A DNA stretch of 64,000 bases, from assembly GCF_003334785.1 (NCBI RefSeq), contig NZ_QOWV01000013.1; one strand, 5' to 3'. Both the position numbers and the translations under genes were made by a program. The notes beneath the pieces were generated by a model. That model was not told the origin of the DNA, ran no database searches, and saw nothing but the letters and a program-made list of their open reading frames with translations. Positions 41,703-52,844 of this stretch are shown in pieces. The stretch's first letter is position 1; every line of letters starts with the position of its first letter. The DNA comes from Escherichia coli. Lineage in GTDB: Bacteria; Pseudomonadota; Gammaproteobacteria; Enterobacterales; Enterobacteriaceae.

Positions 41703-43154
41703 ATGGAGTCATCCTTACGTATTGTCGCGATCACCAACTGCCCCGCCGGGATCGCTCACACCTACATGGTGGCGGAAGCCCTGGAACAGAAAGCCCGTTC
41801 TCTCGGTCATACCATAAAAGTGGAAACTCAAGGGTCCAGTGGCGTTGAAAACCGCTTATCCAGCGAAGAGATTGCCGCTGCCGATTACGTCATTCTCGCT
41901 ACCGGGCGTGGCCTGAGCGGTGATGATCGCGCGCGGTTTGCCGGGAAGAAAGTTTATGAGATTGCCATCTCCCAGGCGTTGAAAAATATCGACCAGATTT
42001 TCAGCGAATTACCGACAAACTCGCAGCTTTTTGCCGCAGATAGCGGCGTGAAGCTTGGCAAACAGGAAGTGCAAAGCGGTAGCGTGATGAGCCACCTGAT
42101 GGCGGGCGTCTCTGCGGCGCTGCCGTTTGTCATCGGCGGTGGTATCCTGGTGGCGCTTGCCAACATGCTGGTGCAGTTCGGTTTGCCGTATACCGATATG
42201 TCGAAAGGCGCGCCGTCGTTTACCTGGGTAGTTGAATCCATCGGTTACCTTGGCTTCACCTTTATGATCCCCATCATGGGCGCTTATATTGCCTCGTCGA
42301 TTGCCGATAAACCGGCTTTCGCTCCGGCGTTTCTGGTTTGCTATCTGGCGAACGACAAAGCGCTGCTCGGCACCCAGTCGGGTGCGGGATTCCTCGGCGC
42401 GGTGGTGCTGGGGCTGGCGATTGGCTATTTCGTCTTCTGGTTCCGCAAAGTGCGCCTTGGCAAAGCATTACAACCGCTGCTCGGTTCAATGCTGATCCCG
42501 TTCGTTACTCTGCTGGTTTTCGGCGTGCTCACTTACTACGTTATCGGGCCGGTGATGTCCGACCTCATGGGCGGGCTGCTCCACTTCCTGAATACCATTC
42601 CTCCATCAATGAAGTTTGCGGCAGCGTTTCTGGTCGGTGCGATGCTGGCGTTCGATATGGGCGGCCCCATCAATAAAACCGCCTGGTTCTTCTGCTTCTC
42701 ACTGCTGGAAAAACACATTTATGACTGGTACGCCATCGTCGGCGTTGTCGCGCTGATGCCGCCCGTCGCGGCGGGTCTTGCGACGTTCATTGCGCCCAAA
42801 CTGTTTACCCGACAGGAAAAAGAGGCTGCCAGTAGTGCCATTGTGGTCGGTGCCACAGTCGCAACCGAACCGGCTATTCCTTACGCTCTGGCAGCTCCGT
42901 TGCCGATGATTACCGCCAATACGCTGGCGGGCGGCATTACCGGCGTGCTGGTGATCGCTTTCGGAATCAAACGTCTGGCACCTGGTTTGGGTATCTTTGA
43001 CCCGCTGATCGGCCTGATGTCGCCGGTGGGTTCGTTTTATCTGGTGCTGGCGATTGGCCTCGCGCTGAACATTTCATTCATTATCGTCCTGAAAGGATTG
43101 TGGTTACGCCGCAAAGCGAAAGCCGCGCAACAGGAGCTTGTCCATGAACATTGA
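41703..43154 (+). CDS. frvB: PTS fructose-like EIIBC component FrvB
   Basis: Track ORF 41697..43154 (GTG); 483 aa from MESSLRIVAITNCPAGIAHTYMVAEALEQ (EIIB Cys-Pro) plus polytopic EIIC. Confidence 0.9.
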   Translation: MESSLRIVAITNCPAGIAHTYMVAEALEQKARSLGHTIKVETQGSSGVENRLSSEEIAAADYVILATGRGLSGDDRARFAGKKVYEIAISQALKNIDQIFSELPTNSQLFAADSGVKLGKQEVQSGSVMSHLMAGVSAALPFVIGGGILVALANMLVQFGLPYTDMSKGAPSFTWVVESIGYLGFTFMIPIMGAYIASSIADKPAFAPAFLVCYLANDKALLGTQSGAGFLGAVVLGLAIGYFVFWFRKVRLGKALQPLLGSMLIPFVTLLVFGVLTYYVIGPVMSDLMGGLLHFLNTIPPSMKFAAAFLVGAMLAFDMGGPINKTAWFFCFSLLEKHIYDWYAIVGVVALMPPVAAGLATFIAPKLFTRQEKEAASSAIVVGATVATEPAIPYALAAPLPMITANTLAGGITGVLVIAFGIKRLAPGLGIFDPLIGLMSPVGSFYLVLAIGLALNISFIIVLKGLWLRRKAKAAQQELVHEH

Positions 43155-44214
43155 GTTACTGCAACAGTTGTGCGAAGCCAGCGCCGTCAGCGGCGATGAA
43201 CAGGAAGTTCGCGACATTCTGATAAACACGCTGGAACCTTGCGTGAATGAAATCACCTTCGATGGTCTGGGCAGCTTTGTTGCCCGTAAGGGGAATAAAG
43301 GTCCAAAAGTTGCCGTTGTCGGACATATGGATGAAGTCGGCTTTATGGTCACCCACATCGACGAGAGCGGTTTTCTGCGTTTTACCACCATTGGCGGCTG
43401 GTGGAATCAGTCGATGCTCAACCACCGGGTAACCATACGCACACACAAGGGAGTGAAAATCCCTGGTGTGATTGGTTCCGTCGCGCCTCATGCGTTAACG
43501 GAAAAGCAAAAGCAACAACCGCTGTCATTTGATGAGATGTTCATTGATATTGGCGCGAACAGTCGCGAAGAGGTGGAAAAGCGCGGCGTGGAAATTGGTA
43601 ATTTTATTAGCCCGGAAGCCAATTTTGCCTGCTGGGGCGAAGATAAAGTGGTCGGCAAGGCGTTGGATAACCGCATCGGCTGCGCAATGATGGCTGAACT
43701 ATTGCAGACGGTGAATAATCCCGAAATTACGCTGTATGGCGTTGGCAGTGTGGAAGAAGAAGTTGGGCTACGCGGGGCGCAAACCTCGGCGGAACACATT
43801 AAACCGGACGTCGTGATCGTGTTGGATACCGCCGTAGCGGGCGATGTTCCGGGCATTGATAACATTAAATACCCGCTGAAACTGGGCCAGGGGCCGGGGC
43901 TGATGCTGTTTGACAAGCGCTACTTCCCCAACCAGAAACTGGTAGCAGCGTTAAAAAGCTGTGCCGCACATAACGATTTACCGCTGCAATTTTCCACCAT
44001 GAAAACCGGTGCGACGGATGGCGGGCGCTACAACGTGATGGGCGGCGGGCGTCCGGTTGTCGCGCTGTGTCTGCCAACTCGTTATCTGCACGCCAACAGC
44101 GGTATGATTTCAAAAGCCGATTACGAAGCTCTGCTCACGCTGATACGGGGTTTTCTGACGACCTTAACTGCGGAGAAAGTCAACGCGTTTAGCCAGTTCC
44201 GTCAGGTGGATTAA
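43144..44214 (+). CDS. frvX: M42-family aminopeptidase/endoglucanase-like protein FrvX
   Basis: Track ORF 43138..44214; 356 aa from MNIELLQQLCEASAVSGDEQEVRDILINTLEP; overlaps frvB 3' end. Confidence 0.9.
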   Translation: MNIELLQQLCEASAVSGDEQEVRDILINTLEPCVNEITFDGLGSFVARKGNKGPKVAVVGHMDEVGFMVTHIDESGFLRFTTIGGWWNQSMLNHRVTIRTHKGVKIPGVIGSVAPHALTEKQKQQPLSFDEMFIDIGANSREEVEKRGVEIGNFISPEANFACWGEDKVVGKALDNRIGCAMMAELLQTVNNPEITLYGVGSVEEEVGLRGAQTSAEHIKPDVVIVLDTAVAGDVPGIDNIKYPLKLGQGPGLMLFDKRYFPNQKLVAALKSCAAHNDLPLQFSTMKTGATDGGRYNVMGGGRPVVALCLPTRYLHANSGMISKADYEALLTLIRGFLTTLTAEKVNAFSQFRQVD

Positions 44215-45962
44215 TGCTAAACGAACGCCAGTTAAAGATTGTCGATCTGCTGGAGCAACAGCCGCGCACGCCTGGCGAGCTGGCGCAACAGACTGGCGTT
44301 TCAGGCAGGACCATCCTGCGTGATATTGACTATCTCAACTTCACCCTTAACGGCAAAGCCCGCATTTTCGCCAGTGGCAGTGCGGGCTATCAGCTGGAAA
44401 TCTTCGAGCGCCGCAGCTTTTTTCAGTTGCTGCAAAAGCACGATAACGACGATCGGCTGCTGGCGCTGTTATTACTGAATACTTTCACTCCCCGTGCGCA
44501 ACTCGCCTCGGCGCTTAATTTGCCAGAAACGTGGGTAGCAGAGCGTCTGCCCCGGTTAAAACAGCGTTATGAACGCACTTGTTGCCTGGCCAGCCGCCCT
44601 GGTTTGGGCCATTTCATTGATGAGACAGAAGAGAAACGCGTTATCTTGCTGGCGAACTTGCTGCGCAAAGATCCGTTTTTAATTCCGCTGGCGGGCATAA
44701 CACGAGACAACCTTCAGCATTTATCCACGGCCTGCGACAACCAACACCGCTGGCCGCTCATGCAGGGTGATTATCTCTCCAGCCTGATTCTGGCGATTTA
44801 CGCCCTGCGTAATCAACTGACCGATGAGTGGCCGCAATATCCCGGTGACGAGATAAAACAAATCGTTGAACATAGCGGTCTGTTTCTTGGTGATAACGCT
44901 GTAAGAACCCTGACGGGTTTGATAGAGAAACAGCATCAGCAAGCGCAGGTAATTTCAGCCGATAATGTGCAGGGGTTGCTGCAAAGGGTGCCGGGCATCG
45001 CGTCATTGAATATTATTGATGCGCAGCTGGTTGAGAATATTACCGGGCATTTATTACGTTGCCTTGCCGCACCAGTGTGGATTGCTGAGCACCGCCAGAG
45101 CAGCATGAATAACCTGAAAGCCGCCTGGCCTGCGGCCTTTGATATGAGTCTGCACTTTATTACGCTACTGCGTGAACAGCTCGATATTCCCCTTTTCGAC
45201 AGCGATCTGATCGGTTTGTATTTTGCCTGTGCGCTGGAGCGGCATCAAAACGAACGCCAGCCGATCATTTTGCTCTCGGACCAGAACGCGATTGCCACTA
45301 TTAATCAGCTCGCCATTGAGCGCGATGTTTTAAATTGTCGGGTAATTATTGCCCGTAGCTTAAGCGAACTTGTTGCCATTCGCGAAGAGATTGAGCCGTT
45401 ATTGATCATTAACAACAGCCATTATTTACTGGATGACGCGGTAAATAATTACATCACCGTAAAAAATATCATTACGGCTGCCGGTATCGAACAAATAAAA
45501 CATTTTCTGGCGACGGCATTTATTCGCCAACAGCCGGAGCGTTTTTTCTCTGCCCCCGGAAGTTTTCATTATTCGAATGTACGCGGTGAAAGCTGGCAAC
45601 ATATTACCCGGCAAATTTGTGCGCAATTAGTCGCACAACACCATATTACCGCCGATGAAGCACAACGCATCATCGCCCGCGAAGGCGAAGGTGAAAACCT
45701 GATTGTTAATCGCCTCGCCATCCCACATTGCTGGAGCGAACAGGAGCGACGTTTTCGTGGATTTTTTATTACCCTCGCCCAACCAGTTGAGGTGAATAAC
45801 GAAGTCATTAACCATGTCTTGATCGCCTGCGCCGCCGCCGATGCGCGTCATGAGCTAAAAATATTTAGCTATCTGGCAAGCATATTGTGTCAGCATCCGG
45901 CGGAGATTATTGCCGGGTTAACAGGATATGAGGCATTTATGGAGTTACTTCACAAGGGGTGA
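44214..45962 (+). CDS. frvR: transcriptional regulator FrvR (N-terminal HTH with PTS-regulatory and EIIA-like domains)
   Basis: ORF track 582 aa MLNERQLKIVDLLEQQPRTPGELAQQTGVSGRTILRDIDYLNF... Confidence 0.88.
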   Translation: MLNERQLKIVDLLEQQPRTPGELAQQTGVSGRTILRDIDYLNFTLNGKARIFASGSAGYQLEIFERRSFFQLLQKHDNDDRLLALLLLNTFTPRAQLASALNLPETWVAERLPRLKQRYERTCCLASRPGLGHFIDETEEKRVILLANLLRKDPFLIPLAGITRDNLQHLSTACDNQHRWPLMQGDYLSSLILAIYALRNQLTDEWPQYPGDEIKQIVEHSGLFLGDNAVRTLTGLIEKQHQQAQVISADNVQGLLQRVPGIASLNIIDAQLVENITGHLLRCLAAPVWIAEHRQSSMNNLKAAWPAAFDMSLHFITLLREQLDIPLFDSDLIGLYFACALERHQNERQPIILLSDQNAIATINQLAIERDVLNCRVIIARSLSELVAIREEIEPLLIINNSHYLLDDAVNNYITVKNIITAAGIEQIKHFLATAFIRQQPERFFSAPGSFHYSNVRGESWQHITRQICAQLVAQHHITADEAQRIIAREGEGENLIVNRLAIPHCWSEQERRFRGFFITLAQPVEVNNEVINHVLIACAAADARHELKIFSYLASILCQHPAEIIAGLTGYEAFMELLHKG

Positions 45963-46011
45963 ACTGTGTCGGATGCGCCGCATCCGACACTGCATTTATC
46001 ATCAAAAACGT

Positions 46012-47067
46012 TTAACGCAGGCTATTATAGTCATCAACCATTTCGTTGTACTCGCGTAATGCTCTCGGGAAAGAGTCTTCGACCATCCAGCTTGAGTTTG
46101 CGTCCTGAAGTTGCTCTTTATCCCAGTCAGAGTACGGGACTTTATCTCTGATGCGGCGAACGTATTTTTTAGCCTCGAGTTGATACTGGCCTGCCGAATT
46201 AATAAACGAGAAATTCATGCCGCCTTTATCCGCTTCTTTGGCCTGCGCCACTAGCGTTTCCAGTTCAGACACTTTCTTCATTGCCGCTTCTGCATCAAAC
46301 TTATCTTGCGATATCAGGTTATTAATTTGTTTCGCTGAAATCATGACTGCCAGAGAGTAGTAGTGGAATGTTTTCCCTTCTCTTTCTTCAATATTTTTCA
46401 GTTCCGCAAGCTGACGCTTATCATTAATTTCCTGAATCGCCGCATGATAAGATTCGGCTACAGGTTCAAAGGCTTCCAGATTTTTTAAGAATGTCTGGTG
46501 CAGCGTTTTCCCTTTCGCAAACGCATCGTCTTTATAATTTTCCTGGGTGTAATATTTATCCATTTCGTTAATGGTATTACCCAACGCCACGGCAGCATCG
46601 ATATAACTCACCGCCACGCCATCAATTGGTTGCAGCGCAGGCGTTAACGCCACAGCACTTTTTACGCCTTTTTCACACTCAGCGAGGTTGGATTCACTAA
46701 TGCCGTAGATGCCATAAACAGTACGCTCTTCACCGGTAGGCCCCTGTTTAAAATCTTTCAGCCAGTCAGCATAACGCGCCAGACTGCGCTGTACCGGGAT
46801 CTGTAACTTGTTGTAGCACTTGATATAGACATCCATTTTTTCGTCGAAAACCGCTTGTTCATCGACCACCGGTTGCGCAGGTGTTTCAGGTTTAGCTTCT
46901 GCTTTTGCAACGGGAGCTTCAGTAGGTTTCGCTTCAGGAGCTGGTGCGGCAGGTTGACTATTGGCAGGCGGGAGCGTTTCTGTTTCGGCTTTTTTATCAT
47001 CACAACCCGTCAGACCGAGGGACATGATGGCGACTATAATAGCGGAAGATAATAAATTCCTTTTCAT
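46012..47067 (-). CDS. yiiG: YiiG, DUF3829-family lipoprotein
   Basis: ORF track 351 aa; lipobox MKRNLLSSAIIVAIMSLGLTGC; Ala/Pro/Glu-rich linker. Confidence 0.85.
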   Translation of the reverse strand: MKRNLLSSAIIVAIMSLGLTGCDDKKAETETLPPANSQPAAPAPEAKPTEAPVAKAEAKPETPAQPVVDEQAVFDEKMDVYIKCYNKLQIPVQRSLARYADWLKDFKQGPTGEERTVYGIYGISESNLAECEKGVKSAVALTPALQPIDGVAVSYIDAAVALGNTINEMDKYYTQENYKDDAFAKGKTLHQTFLKNLEAFEPVAESYHAAIQEINDKRQLAELKNIEEREGKTFHYYSLAVMISAKQINNLISQDKFDAEAAMKKVSELETLVAQAKEADKGGMNFSFINSAGQYQLEAKKYVRRIRDKVPYSDWDKEQLQDANSSWMVEDSFPRALREYNEMVDDYNSLR

Positions 47068-47179
47068 TTAATTGCCTTATAAATATATAGATAAGAGAGT
47101 GAACATAATAAATGAAAAAAGAAAACGCCACTACACGCATTTTGTTTATAAATAAAATAATAAAATTCACGAAATGAAT

Positions 47180-47212
47180 AAGTCCTGCAATTTAATATAT
47201 TTCGCAGGACTT
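47180..47212 (-). terminator. stem-loop just downstream of fdhD stop (probable terminator)
   Basis: aagtcctgc ... gcaggactt 9-bp inverted repeat adjacent to the fdhD stop, AT-rich flanks. Confidence 0.45.
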
Positions 47213-47219
47213 ATTTTAA

Positions 47220-48053
47220 TTAATTGCTCAAACGCTGCGGATGGGTATAAACCGTTGCCCGACCCGGTTTACAAAAACCTACCAGTGTCAGATTACAGCG
47301 CTCAGCCACTTCTACAGCAAGCGTGGTCGCGGCAGACACCGCAAACAAAATCTCTACGCCGCACATCGCCGACTTTTGCACCATTTCATAACTGGCACGA
47401 CTGGAAACCAGTACCGCACCTTGCTGCCAGCTTTCCCCTTCTTGTGACCGGCGGCCTAACAGTTTGTCCAGCGCCACATGGCGACCCACGTCTTCATGCC
47501 CGCCGACCAGTTCGCCAGATGGCAACATCCAGGCAGCGGCGTGAGTACAACCAGTCAGTTGCCCCACTGGCTGAAAATCGTTGAGATGACGTAATGCATC
47601 ATCCAGTTTGTTGAGATCAAACGTCTGGGTGAACGGTAGCGGCTGCACCGGTTTTCCGATGTCATTAAGTTGCTCCACGCCGCATACGCCACAGCCCGTA
47701 CGTCCCGCCAGCGCCCGGCGGCGCTCCTTCAACCCCATAAAGCGGCGGCTGGAAAGCTCAATTTGTACTTCAAGACCATTACAGGAAGGAACGACATCCA
47801 TGCCGAAGATATCGCGCGGACTTTCGATAATCCCCTCGGAAAGCGAAAAACCGAGCGCAAAGTACTCAAGGTCTTTGGGCGACGCCATCATCACCACATG
47901 CGAAATGCCGTTGTAGACCAGCGCAACGGGAACTTCTTCCGCGACCTCATCTAACCGTGGGTGTTGTAAATCATCACGCCGCCATAACTCAATTTGACGA
48001 ACACCTGTGATATTTGTCACATTTTCGATTTCTTTTCGCTGTGTTTTTTTCAC
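47220..48053 (-). CDS. fdhD: formate dehydrogenase sulfurtransferase FdhD
   Basis: ORF track 277 aa [49 protein letters not shown]... Confidence 0.93.
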
Positions 48054-48246
48054 TTTCTCTTAACCAGATAAGAACACACACACCAACATTATGGTATTCT
48101 GTTACAAACCCTTCCTGGATGGAGGGAAATTGAGCCAATTCTGGACCTTTGCGGCCCCTTCCGCAAAGAAAAATAACTCCCACTCCCTGCACACGCAGCA
48201 AGCGAATGTAAATGGGACGTGACAATGTCGAAACAAGGAGCAATCC

Positions 48247-51200
48247 ATGCAGGTCAGCAGAAGGCAGTTCTTTAAGATCTGCGCTGGCGGTATGGCAGGC
48301 ACCACGGCAGCGGCACTGGGTTTTGCACCCAGCGTAGCACTCGCGGAAACCCGGCAGTATAAACTGCTGCGCACCCGCGAAACCCGTAATACCTGCACCT
48401 ATTGTTCCGTAGGCTGTGGGCTGTTGATGTACAGCCTCGGTGACGGAGCAAAAAACGCCAAAGCATCTATCTTCCATATCGAAGGCGATCCGGATCACCC
48501 GGTCAACCGCGGTGCACTTTGTCCGAAAGGCGCTGGCCTGGTGGATTTCATCCACTCCGAAAGCCGTCTGAAGTTTCCGGAATACCGTGCGCCAGGTTCT
48601 GATAAATGGCAGCAAATCAGTTGGGAAGAGGCGTTTGATCGCATCGCCAAACTGATGAAAGAAGACCGCGATGCTAACTACATTGCGCAAAACGCCGAAG
48701 GCGTGACTGTTAACCGCTGGCTCTCCACCGGGATGCTGTGTGCTTCCGCGTCGAGTAACGAAACCGGCTATTTAACGCAAAAATTCTCCCGCGCGCTGGG
48801 TATGCTCGCGGTCGACAACCAGGCGCGTGTCTGACACGGACCAACGGTAGCAAGTCTTGCTCCAACATTTGGTCGCGGTGCGATGACCAACCACTGGGTC
48901 GACATCAAGAACGCCAACCTCGTCGTGGTGATGGGCGGTAACGCCGCTGAAGCTCACCCGGTCGGGTTCCGCTGGGCGATGGAAGCCAAAATTCACAACG
49001 GCGCGAAGCTGATTGTGATCGATCCTCGCTTTACGCGTACGGCGGCGGTAGCTGACTACTATGCCCCTATTCGTTCCGGTACTGACATTGCTTTCCTGTC
49101 AGGCGTATTGCTGTACCTGCTGAACAATGAAAAATTCAACCGCGAATACACCGAAGCCTATACCAACGCCAGCCTGATCGTGCGTGAGGATTACGGCTTT
49201 GAAGATGGCCTGTTCACCGGCTACGACGCGGAAAAACGCAAGTACGATAAATCCTCCTGGACTTATGAACTGGACGAAAACGGCTTCGCCAAACGCGATA
49301 CCACGCTGCAACATCCGCGCTGCGTGTGGAACTTGCTGAAACAGCACGTTTCCCGCTACACGCCAGATGTGGTTGAAAACATCTGTGGTACGCCAAAAGA
49401 CGCGTTCCTGAAAGTCTGCGAATACATCGCAGAAACCAGTGCTCACGATAAAACTGCCTCGTTCCTGTATGCCCTCGGCTGGACGCAACACTCCGTTGGT
49501 GCGCAAAACATTCGTACGATGGCGATGATCCAGCTGCTGCTCGGCAATATGGGGATGGCAGGCGGCGGCGTTAACGCCCTGCGCGGTCACTCCAATATTC
49601 AGGGGCTGACGGACCTGGGGCTGCTGTCGCAGAGCCTGCCAGGTTACATGACGCTGCCAAGCGAGAAGCAGACCGATCTGCAAACCTACCTTACCGCCAA
49701 CACGCCAAAACCGCTGCTGGAAGGCCAGGTAAACTACTGGGGCAACTACCCGAAATTCTTCGTCTCTATGATGAAGGCCTTCTTTGGTGATAAAGCGACG
49801 GCGGAAAATAGCTGGGGCTTTGACTGGTTGCCGAAGTGGGATAAAGGCTACGACGTCCTGCAATACTTCGAGATGATGAAAGAGGGCAAGGTCAATGGCT
49901 ATATCTGCCAGGGCTTTAACCCTGTTGCCTCATTCCCGAACAAAAACAAAGTGATCGGTTGTCTGTCGAAACTGAAGTTCCTCGTCACCATCGACCCACT
50001 GAACACTGAAACCTCTAACTTCTGGCAGAACCACGGTGAGCTGAACGAAGTTGACTCGTCGAAGATCCAGACCGAAGTGTTCCGTCTGCCATCGACCTGC
50101 TTCGCGGAAGAGAACGGTTCTATCGTTAACTCAGGTCGCTGGTTACAGTGGCACTGGAAAGGTGCGGACGCCCCGGGGATTGCGCTGACTGACGGCGAGA
50201 TCCTCTCCGGTATCTTCCTGCGCTTGCGCAAGATGTATGCCGAACAGGGTGGCGCGAACCCGGACCAGGTGCTGAACATGACATGGAACTACGCCATTCC
50301 GCATGAGCCATCTTCAGAAGAAGTGGCGATGGAGAGCAACGGTAAGGCGCTGGCCGATATTACCGATCCGGCAACCGGTGCGGTTATCGTCAAGAAAGGC
50401 CAACAACTTAGTTCGTTCGCCCAATTGCGCGATGACGGTACAACCTCCTGTGGCTGCTGGATTTTCGCCGGTAGCTGGACGCCGGAAGGCAACCAGATGG
50501 CACGCCGTGATAACGCCGATCCGTCTGGCCTCGGTAACACGCTGGGCTGGGCATGGGCATGGCCGCTTAACCGCCGCATTCTGTATAACCGCGCCTCCGC
50601 AGATCCGCAGGGTAACCCGTGGGATCCGAAGCGTCAGTTGCTGAAATGGGACGGCACTAAGTGGACCGGCTGGGATATTCCGGACTACAGCGCAGCGCCT
50701 CCGGGTAGCGGCGTCGGGCCGTTTATCATGCAGCAGGAAGGCATGGGGCGTCTGTTTGCCCTCGATAAGATGGCGGAAGGTCCGTTCCCGGAACACTACG
50801 AGCCGTTTGAAACGCCGCTGGGAACTAACCCGCTGCATCCAAACGTTATCTCGAACCCGGCTGCACGTATCTTTAAAGACGACGCCGAAGCATTGGGTAA
50901 AGCCGATAAGTTCCCGTATGTCGGAACCACCTATCGTCTGACCGAGCACTTCCACTACTGGACCAAACACGCGCTGTTGAACGCGATTTTGCAGCCAGAG
51001 CAGTTTGTGGAAATCGGGGAGTCGCTGGCGAATAAACTTGGCATTGCCCAGGGCGATACCGTGAAAGTCTCCTCCAACCGTGGCTATATCAAAGCCAAAG
51101 CGGTGGTGACCAAACGTATTCGCACGCTGAAAGCGAACGGCAAAGATATCGATACCATCGGTATTCCGATTCACTGGGGCTATGAAGGCGTAGCTAAAAA

Positions 51201-51297
51201 AGGCTTTATTGCCAATACTTTAACGCCATTCGTTGGTGATGCGAACACGCAGACGCCGGAGTTTAAGTCCTTCCTTGTGAATGTGGAAAAGGTGTAA
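48247..51297 (+). CDS. fdoG: formate dehydrogenase-O catalytic subunit (selenoprotein, 1016 codons; in-frame UGA at 48832-48834 decoded as selenocysteine; Tat signal)
   Basis: Track ORFs 48247..48834 (195 aa, twin-arginine signal MQVSRRQFFKICAGG) and 48883..51297 (804 aa) are in the same frame, separated only by one TGA and 16 sense codons. Confidence 0.93.
48835..48880 (+). promoter_or_regulatory. putative SECIS stem-loop directing selenocysteine insertion at the fdoG UGA
   Basis: Position immediately 3' of the in-frame UGA; inverted repeat gcaagtcttgc in the first 30 nt; not folded computationally. Confidence 0.45.
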
Positions 51298-51309
51298 CGG
51301 AGACGACAT

Positions 51310-52212
51310 ATGGCTTATCAATCTCAAGATATCATTCGTCGTTCCGCGACTAACGGTCTGACCCCCGCGCCTCAGGCGCGGGACTTCCAGGAAGAAGTGG
51401 CGAAACTCATCGACGTTACCACCTGTATCGGCTGTAAAGCCTGTCAGGTGGCGTGTTCAGAGTGGAACGACATTCGCGATACCGTCGGCAATAACATTGG
51501 GGTGTACGACAACCCCAATGATTTAAGCGCCAAATCGTGGACGGTAATGCGCTTCTCGGAAGTGGAGCAGAACGACAAACTGGAATGGCTGATCCGCAAA
51601 GACGGCTGTATGCACTGTTCCGATCCAGGCTGCCTGAAAGCGTGCCCGGCGGAAGGTGCAATTATTCAGTATGCCAACGGTATCGTCGACTTCCAGTCCG
51701 AGCAGTGCATTGGCTGCGGTTATTGCATTGCGGGCTGTCCGTTCGACATTCCGCGCCTCAACCCGGAAGACAACCGCGTCTACAAATGTACGCTGTGCGT
51801 TGACCGCGTGGTGGTTGGGCAAGAACCAGCCTGCGTGAAGACCTGCCCAACGGGCGCGATTCACTTCGGTACGAAAGAGTCGATGAAAACGCTGGCGAGC
51901 GAGCGCGTTGCTGAGCTGAAAACCCGCGGTTACGACAATGCGGGTCTGTACGATCCGGCAGGCGTCGGTGGTACACACGTCATGTACGTGCTGCACCATG
52001 CTGACAAGCCAAATCTGTATCATGGCTTGCCGGAGAACCCGGAAATCAGCGAAACCGTGAAATTCTGGAAAGGCATCTGGAAACCGCTCGCGGCTGTTGG
52101 CTTTGCGGCTACCTTTGCGGCCAGTATCTTCCACTACGTGGGTGTCGGTCCGAACCGTGCGGATGAGGAAGAGAATAATCTGCACGAAGAGAAAGACGAG
52201 GAGCGCAAATGA
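51310..52212 (+). CDS. fdoH: formate dehydrogenase-O iron-sulfur subunit
   Basis: ORF track 300 aa; multiple CxxCxxCxxxCP ferredoxin motifs. Confidence 0.95.
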
Positions 52213-52844
52213 AACGACGTGACACCATCGTGCGCTACACCGCGCCGGAACGTATCAACCACTGGATCACCGCCTTCTGCTTCATCCTGGCGGCGGTGAG
52301 CGGGCTGGGCTTTTTGTTCCCGTCCTTCAACTGGTTGATGCAAATCATGGGCACACCGCAGCTGGCGCGAATTCTGCACCCGTTTGTCGGCGTGGTTATG
52401 TTTGCCTCGTTCATCATCATGTTTTTCCGTTACTGGCATCACAACCTAATCAATCGGGATGATATCTTTTGGGCGAAGAATATTCGTAAGATCGTCGTCA
52501 ACGAGGAAGTAGGTGACACCGGGCGTTATAACTTCGGTCAGAAATGCGTTTTCTGGGCGGCGATTATTTTCCTGGTTCTGCTGCTGGTGAGCGGCGTGAT
52601 TATCTGGCGTCCTTATTTTGCGCCTGCTTTCTCAATCCCGGTGATCCGATTCGCGTTAATGCTGCATTCATTTGCCGCAGTGGCGTTAATTGTGGTTATC
52701 ATGGTGCATATCTACGCCGCCCTTTGGGTGAAAGGCACGATTACCGCCATGGTGGAAGGATGGGTTACCAGCGCCTGGGCGAAGAAACATCACCCGCGCT
52801 GGTACCGTGAGGTCCGCAAGACAACGGAAAAGAAAGCTGAATGA
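52209..52844 (+). CDS. fdoI: formate dehydrogenase-O cytochrome b556 subunit
   Basis: ORF track 211 aa [40 protein letters not shown]...; 4-bp overlap with fdoH. Confidence 0.95.
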
